Below, one piece after another: positions 7,018 through 11,631 of a stretch of 11,631 nt of DNA. Where the stretch lies: positions 1 to 11,631 of the forward strand of contig JBBQPO010000201.1 in the NCBI GenBank assembly GCA_038217285.1, written 5' to 3'. The number at the start of each line of letters is the position of its first letter. The stretch's first letter is position 1. The DNA is from Chthonomonadales bacterium (GTDB taxonomy: Bacteria > Armatimonadota > Chthonomonadetes > Chthonomonadales > Chthonomonadaceae). The notes beneath the pieces were generated by a model. That model searched no databases and was not told the DNA's origin. It saw nothing but the letters and a program-made list of their open reading frames with translations. The translations under genes and the position numbers were made by a program.

Positions 7018-7028
7018 AATAGGTGCGT

Positions 7029-7403
7029 TCAGAGGTTGCGGACGCGGGTCTCGGCCTCTTCCAGGGTCGTGGGATCGGCCTCTTCTTCGGCGGTCAGCTC
7101 GGCTTCCGTCGGCAGGGAGGCGCTGAGCAGGGCGCGGGCGGCCTCGACGTTGGAAGGCGCGACATAGAGGTGATGCGTCCAGGCGCTGTCGATATTGCCG
7201 TCGATCGCGCCGAAATAGGGGTTGGCGGTTTCGCCCGACTGGTAGGTCTTGATACCGGCGGCAGAGAGGGTCGCGCGGATCACTTCGGCCTCTTCACCCG
7301 TCGCAGCCTCGAATATAAGGACAGGATCACCGTGCGGATCGTGTGCAGCGAGCCCATCGGCGGCCGCGATGACATCGGGATTCTCTTCGGATAGTTCACT
7401 CAT
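7029..7403 (-). CDS. DUF2007-like putative signal-transducing protein, about 124 aa
   Basis: EAEVIRATLSAAGI ... LYVAPSNVEAARALL pattern, acidic protein. AAGGAG before the ATG at 7403 (alternative start 7424). Confidence 0.65.
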   Translation of the reverse strand: MSELSEENPDVIAAADGLAAHDPHGDPVLIFEAATGEEAEVIRATLSAAGIKTYQSGETANPYFGAIDGNIDSAWTHHLYVAPSNVEAARALLSASLPTEAELTAEEEADPTTLEEAETRVRNL

Positions 7404-7430
7404 GCGGTTCGGACTCCTTGACATGAAAAC

Positions 7431-8402
7431 TTATAGATCGGCATTCGGATCCTCCTCGCCTTCGGACCGTATGTCACCGGCGCGCTCGGCGGCGATCTCC
7501 TGCGCACCGGCGCGGGTGTCGGCGTCCGGCCGCACGGCCTCGTCGGCGTCTTCCTTCAACTCGTTGACGCTGCAGCCCCGACAGTCCGTGCATTTGGTCG
7601 TCTTCTCGATACGCAGCTCGGAGGCGGGAAACTCCATCTCGGCCTTGCTCTCCAGCAACTGGATCAGCGCGGTCTCTTTGAGCAGGTTCAGATCGATGAC
7701 TTTCGCCTGTCCCTCGGGCGACATAACGATCTCACCGATCTGCGGCAGACGCTTCTTGGCGTCCACATAGGTTTCGTGCTCGTAGCGCAGGCAGCACATC
7801 AGTTTGCCGCAGACGCCGGAAAATTTGACGGGATTCAGAAACAGGCTCTGATCCTTCGCCATCTTCATCGAGATGGGCGCGAACTCGGTGAGGAACGAGG
7901 CGCAGCAGAGGGTCAGACCGCACGGCCCGACGCCGCCGATCATCTTGGCCTGGTCGCGTGCTCCGACCTGATGGAGTTGGACCTTGCAGCGCAGTTGCGC
8001 CGCCACGTCGCGCACCAGATCGCGGAAGTCCACGCGGCTCTCGGAGGCGAAATAGACGGTCACCTGACTTCCGTCGAAACAGTACTCGGCCTGGAGCAGT
8101 TTCATCGGCAGTTGATGGTACGCCACGCGCTCCTGACAGACGGCCAGGGCCTGCTTCGCCCGGTCGCGGTTCTGGCGCTCCTGCTTGTGATCCTCTTGTG
8201 TGGAAGTGCGCAGCACCCGTTTCAGAGGCGCCTGCATCTCCTCCGCAGGGACTTCGTGCGGCCCGATCTTGATGCTTCCGACCTCCAGCCCACGCGTGGT
8301 CTCGACGACGACGCGCTGCCCTTCGGTGAGCGCCAGATCGCCGGGATCGAACCAGTAGGATTTGGCGACGCGCTTGAACGCGACTCCAACACAGACGGGC
8401 AT
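7431..8402 (-). CDS. ricT: PSP1-domain / RicT (YaaT, stage 0 sporulation family) Fe-S protein, 323 aa
   Basis: RVDFRDLVRD, QVGARDQAK, GGVGPCGLTLCC, ISMKMAKDQ and SGVCGKLMCCLRYE motifs. GGGAG SD. Confidence 0.92.
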   Translation of the reverse strand: MPVCVGVAFKRVAKSYWFDPGDLALTEGQRVVVETTRGLEVGSIKIGPHEVPAEEMQAPLKRVLRTSTQEDHKQERQNRDRAKQALAVCQERVAYHQLPMKLLQAEYCFDGSQVTVYFASESRVDFRDLVRDVAAQLRCKVQLHQVGARDQAKMIGGVGPCGLTLCCASFLTEFAPISMKMAKDQSLFLNPVKFSGVCGKLMCCLRYEHETYVDAKKRLPQIGEIVMSPEGQAKVIDLNLLKETALIQLLESKAEMEFPASELRIEKTTKCTDCRGCSVNELKEDADEAVRPDADTRAGAQEIAAERAGDIRSEGEEDPNADL

Positions 8403-8554
8403 ATTTCACTCCCATTCCGAAGCACAAGGAGACGACGACCGACACACCCAGGTGCCCAAACACCGCACCTTTGCAAACCTGCCGCAACCACCCTGCCGAC
8501 AAAAAACCCTGTTCATCCTGTCCTAATAACGAAGGACGAAAGCAGGCATTCGCT

Positions 8555-8583
8555 ATTGTATCACAATCCGCCCCTCGAATCAA
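8555..8583 (-). promoter_or_regulatory. Sigma70-type promoter with extended -10 for ricT-DUF2007-metG
   Basis: TTGATT (8583-8578), 17-nt spacer ending in TGA, then TACAAT (8560-8555). Confidence 0.65.
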
Positions 8584-8630
8584 GGCGCGTCGCAGGGTGT
8601 GGGCACGAAGGGAACGGGCGGAAATTGCAG

Positions 8631-8636
8631 TATAAT
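8631..8636 (+). promoter_or_regulatory. Candidate -10 box for the permease gene
   Basis: Perfect TATAAT 37 nt upstream of the ATG at 8674. No recognisable -35. Confidence 0.4.
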
Positions 8637-8673
8637 GGGAGGAGACTGCGAGCCGGATGGGCAAGGAGACGGT

Positions 8674-10317
8674 ATGTTCGGGTTGATGATGCGGCTGCGG
8701 CTATTGAGCGGGCGAAACATGGTGCGGGAGATGTGGCGGCGCAGTCCGCTGCTGTCCGTCGCCGTCAGCCTGCTGGGCACAGCGCTGTTCGGCGCGGTCT
8801 ACTTCGGCTTTCTCCTCTTCTTCGGGATCGCGGAGAAGATGAACATCCTTGGGGAAACCGCCTATCAGATCTTCTATTTCCTGTTTCTGTTTCTGCTGGC
8901 AGGGGCCGTGCCGTTTGTCTCCGCCACTTTATTGCAGTCCTCCGATTACGCCCTGCTCTACTCCTCTCCGCTGCCTCCGCGCGCCATCGTGGCGGCCAAG
9001 CTGCTGGATGCCACCGTCGTCAACTCCCTCCAGTTCGCGATCCTGGGCGTTCCGGCCATCGCGGCCTGCGCGGAGGCACTCGGGCTGCCGTGGTGGGCCT
9101 GGATCGTGGTTCCTCTGCTGGTGACGCTCTTCGTCCTTCTGCCCGCGCTGCTGACCGCCCTGGCCCTCCTGCTCGCGCTGGCCCTGCTGGGCATGCGGCG
9201 GCTGCGCGGCGCGATCACCCTGGTAAACGCGCTGACCGGCGCGGTCGTCTGCCTGACCATCGTGACGGAGATAGGGCATCAGGGCCTGGGCCGACACGGG
9301 CTCGGACAGATACTCAGTGGGCAGACGCCGAACCTGATGCAGACGTCGGCCACCGCGCACCTCACGCCCTCCGCCTGGTTCGCAACATTGCTTCTAGGGC
9401 TGAGTTCGGGAGAGGGGAAGGGGGCGCTGTGGGCGAGCGCGGAGATCGTGCTGACGGTGGGAGGACTCTTCGGACTCTGCACCCTGCTGGGCAGCCGTCT
9501 GCTCTCGGCAGCGAACGTGGCGGAGGAGAACGAGGGCGGCGTCATCCAGGAGGCGGACCCCGGAGAGCGCGGCGGCTGGCGGAGACTCTTTTCGGCTCCG
9601 ATGGCGGCGCTGCTCCGCAAAGACTTCAAATATCTGCGCCGCGACAGCGTTCTCCCGGCGCAGTTGGGCATGCCGATGATCCTGTTCTGTATTCCCTTTG
9701 TGCTGGCGACCCAGAACCGGGAGTTTCGCAGCATCGATGAGCTCTATCCTATCACGGTCCTGATGACGGGCGTGATCGTTTTCATGCAGACCAGTATCCT
9801 CTCGCTCTCCTCGATAGGAATCGAGGGCCGGGCATTCTGGATTCTGCGAGTCGCGCCGAACTCGGGCGCAACTCTGCTGAAGGCCAAGTTCTGGATGAGC
9901 ACACTGTTCTGCGGCGGCGTCGGCGCCATTCTGACCCTGCTGACCGGGCTGATGCTGCGGATGCCGATTCTCATCACACTGCTGCAACTGGCGCTGGTCG
10001 TCGTCTGCACCGCCGGGCTCTGCGGGCTGGGGGTGGGGCTCTCCGCCGCTCTGCCGCGCTTCGTCTACGAGAACCCGGCGCACCGCGTAAGCGCCTGGGC
10101 GCTGATACTCGGCTTCTTCACCACGACCGGCTATCTGCTGCTGACCGGGACGATCTTCGGAGTCGCCTACTTCCTCGTCACGCAGTCGGAGTTCTTCCCG
10201 CCCGCCTCGGTTTTCGCCGTCGCCACGCTCCTCTTTCTGGCGCTGACCGCAACAGCGATCTTTGTGCCGATGGGCATCGGTGCGCGGCGGCTGGAGAGGT
10301 TTCAGTGGGAGCATTGA
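8674..10317 (+). CDS. Polytopic membrane protein, putative ABC-2-type exporter permease subunit, about 547 aa
   Basis: Many hydrophobic segments in two halves, with LLYSSPLPPRAIVAAK, ALLRKDFKYLRRD and IGIEGRAFWILRVAP...LLKAK motifs. AAGGAG SD at 8663-8668 supports the ATG at 8674 over the 8599 start. Confidence 0.8.
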   Translation: MFGLMMRLRLLSGRNMVREMWRRSPLLSVAVSLLGTALFGAVYFGFLLFFGIAEKMNILGETAYQIFYFLFLFLLAGAVPFVSATLLQSSDYALLYSSPLPPRAIVAAKLLDATVVNSLQFAILGVPAIAACAEALGLPWWAWIVVPLLVTLFVLLPALLTALALLLALALLGMRRLRGAITLVNALTGAVVCLTIVTEIGHQGLGRHGLGQILSGQTPNLMQTSATAHLTPSAWFATLLLGLSSGEGKGALWASAEIVLTVGGLFGLCTLLGSRLLSAANVAEENEGGVIQEADPGERGGWRRLFSAPMAALLRKDFKYLRRDSVLPAQLGMPMILFCIPFVLATQNREFRSIDELYPITVLMTGVIVFMQTSILSLSSIGIEGRAFWILRVAPNSGATLLKAKFWMSTLFCGGVGAILTLLTGLMLRMPILITLLQLALVVVCTAGLCGLGVGLSAALPRFVYENPAHRVSAWALILGFFTTTGYLLLTGTIFGVAYFLVTQSEFFPPASVFAVATLLFLALTATAIFVPMGIGARRLERFQWEH

Positions 10318-11093
10318 CGCCGACCTCACCGCCTGAACCCGAACCCTCCTCGCCCGTCTCCAGCGCCCGTCTGCCCTCGTCGGTCCGAGCCGCCGTCGCG
10401 ACCGTGTTCGGGATTATCGCCTGGATCGCCCTGCCGCCGCTGCTGGAGTGGCGAGAGATGGGCGAGCGCCGCGCCCTCAGCCTGTCGAACATCCGCCGCA
10501 TCGGCACAGGCGCGCTTCTCTATGCCCAGGACTGGGACGGTCGCCTTATGCCTGTGGCGGAGCGTCTGCCCGAGGGCCCCTGGCAGACCTGGCCCGAGAC
10601 TCTGCGCCCCTACGTCAGCGGCGACAGCACTTATGAGAACCCGTCCAACCCCACGACCGCTGCGACACACCATCCGACCGCCGGCTATCCGATCCGGGCT
10701 TCTTATGCGCTGAACCGCCGTTTCTGGAACACCTTCTCACCCGGCCCGTTCCCACTGGACAATCTGGAGCTCTCCGAGCAGACCGTGCTGTTCGTGGAGG
10801 CGGGCCCGTTCTGGGGCCGCCCCACGCGCAAACTGCGCTCGGATACGCCCGAGAGGGCGCTGCTCGACTACGGCGACACGACCGACCGCCTGCACGACCT
10901 CTGCCCCTACCCCTCGACGCACGACGGACGCATCGCGGTGGTCGCCGCAGACGGCCACGGACTGATCGTCAATGTAGAGCACTACGACCTCAAAACCCGT
11001 CACGATCCGATGTTTGGCCGGATCGGCGGCAGTATCTACAACTGGAACGGCGGCCATCCCAACGGCGAAACAGACCGTCCACCCCGAGAATAG
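10305..11093 (+). CDS. Membrane-anchored DUF1559 / H-X9-DG prepilin-like protein, 262 aa
   Basis: One N-terminal TM segment, LSNIRRIGTGALLYAQDWD, SYALN, and H-DGRIAVVAA-DGH at 10920-10958. GTG start with GGAGAGG SD, overlapping the permease end by 13 nt. Confidence 0.7.
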   Translation: MGALTPTSPPEPEPSSPVSSARLPSSVRAAVATVFGIIAWIALPPLLEWREMGERRALSLSNIRRIGTGALLYAQDWDGRLMPVAERLPEGPWQTWPETLRPYVSGDSTYENPSNPTTAATHHPTAGYPIRASYALNRRFWNTFSPGPFPLDNLELSEQTVLFVEAGPFWGRPTRKLRSDTPERALLDYGDTTDRLHDLCPYPSTHDGRIAVVAADGHGLIVNVEHYDLKTRHDPMFGRIGGSIYNWNGGHPNGETDRPPRE

Positions 11094-11113
11094 GGTTTAT
11101 TTCTCATTTGCCC

Positions 11114-11142
11114 TTGACAGGGCGGCGAACGTGCCGTATACT
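11114..11142 (+). promoter_or_regulatory. rRNA operon promoter P1
   Basis: TTGACA, 17-nt spacer, TATACT. Confidence 0.85.
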
Positions 11143-11215
11143 ACGTAGGCTTCTGCTTGATACGGCGATCCCGACGAACTGAAAAAACGGTTTTGAACCA
11201 GTTTCAAAATCGCTC

Positions 11216-11244
11216 TTGACAGGGAGACGGAGTTGGAGTACAAT
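11216..11244 (+). promoter_or_regulatory. rRNA operon promoter P2
   Basis: TTGACA, 17-nt spacer, TACAAT, with A/T tracts upstream (UP-element-like). Confidence 0.85.
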
Positions 11245-11336
11245 ACGGAGGCTTCGAGAAGAGGAAACGCTGAAAGGCGCGAAATCGGAACGAAGGCGAG
11301 ACGTGAGCGCTCCCAATGTGGAACGTTCGCAGCCGT

Positions 11337-11349
11337 TGATCCTTGAGAG
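11337..11349 (+). promoter_or_regulatory. BoxA-like antitermination / processing-stem element in the rrn leader
   Basis: TGATCCTTGAGAG lies between P2 and the 16S gene and resembles boxA variants. Confidence 0.4.
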
Positions 11350-11501
11350 TCATGTGAATATGGATTTGTTTGTGCCTGCGTTCAATCAGGCATTTTCCTG
11401 AAAGGGAAGGTGTCTTTTACGAACCAAAAGTAACCTTGTGCCAGGGGTTCAAAATGTTTGATATTCCTATCCCTTTCGAGGGATGGGTTCACATCAGTTT
11501 T

Positions 11502-11631
11502 CTGATGGAGAGTTTGATCCTGGCTCAGGACGAACGCTTGCGGCGTGCCTAAGAAATGCAAGTCGAGCGGGGGAGCAATCCCTAGCGGCGAACGGTCGCG
11601 TAACACGTAAGCAACCTGCCCGAAAGACCGG
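11502..11631 (+). rRNA. rrs: 16S ribosomal RNA, 5' part, truncated by the window end
   Basis: AGAGTTTGATCCTGGCTCAG (27F site) at 11509-11528, then ATGCAAGTCGAGCG and GTAACACGT. The 5' end is estimated from E. coli numbering. Confidence 0.98.

Noticed and set aside
5380..7167. 595-aa + strand ORF (similarly 2705-3802, 977-1699, 3859-4722 and 1802-2554)
   Set aside because: Antisense shadows of well-supported minus-strand genes in GC-rich DNA, with no recognisable motifs.
8470..8500. AGGGTGG in the ricT leader as a possible T-box for metG
   Set aside because: The full T-box consensus, specifier stem and terminator are absent.
7776..9740. 654-aa + strand ORF spanning ricT, the intergenic region and the permease
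   Set aside because: Arg/Ala/Gly-rich off-frame translation that crosses divergent promoters. Explained by stop-codon scarcity at high GC.
11466..11487. UUCG-capped hairpin before the 16S gene
   Set aside because: Ordinary rrn leader structure, not a separate ncRNA.
11104..11606. Short ORFs in the rrn promoter, leader and 16S region
   Set aside because: They overlap rRNA promoters and 16S sequence and are non-coding.
1..11631. CRISPR array, tRNA genes or defence-system genes
   Set aside because: No regularly spaced 25-45 bp repeats, cloverleaf structures or recognisable defence motifs were seen.

Overview
GC-rich bacterial window, probably Armatimonadota (inferred from 16S 5' signatures and an H-X9-DG pilin-like protein). 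Left to right: the left end of a probable IS1-family element (1-138) whose transposase start is missed by the ORF track and sits inside a fold-back hairpin facing an antisense promoter; a minus-strand run made of a 34-aa leader ORF, a GHMP kinase resembling plant L-arabinokinase, a GalU-like nucleotidyltransferase and a type II haloacid dehalogenase with a broken Tat motif; a Spy/CpxP-like secreted protein with a candidate ECF-sigma promoter and a terminator; a ricT(yaaT)-DUF2007-metG run in which MetRS has KGGKT in place of KMSKS; a divergent ABC-exporter-like permease plus an H-X9-DG protein; and tandem rrn promoters followed by the 5' end of a 16S rRNA gene. Best leads are a possible plant-like sugar-1-kinase/UDP-sugar salvage module, the aberrant MetRS signature and an RNA-OUT-like control at the IS end. 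All family calls rest on recalled motifs, not database searches.
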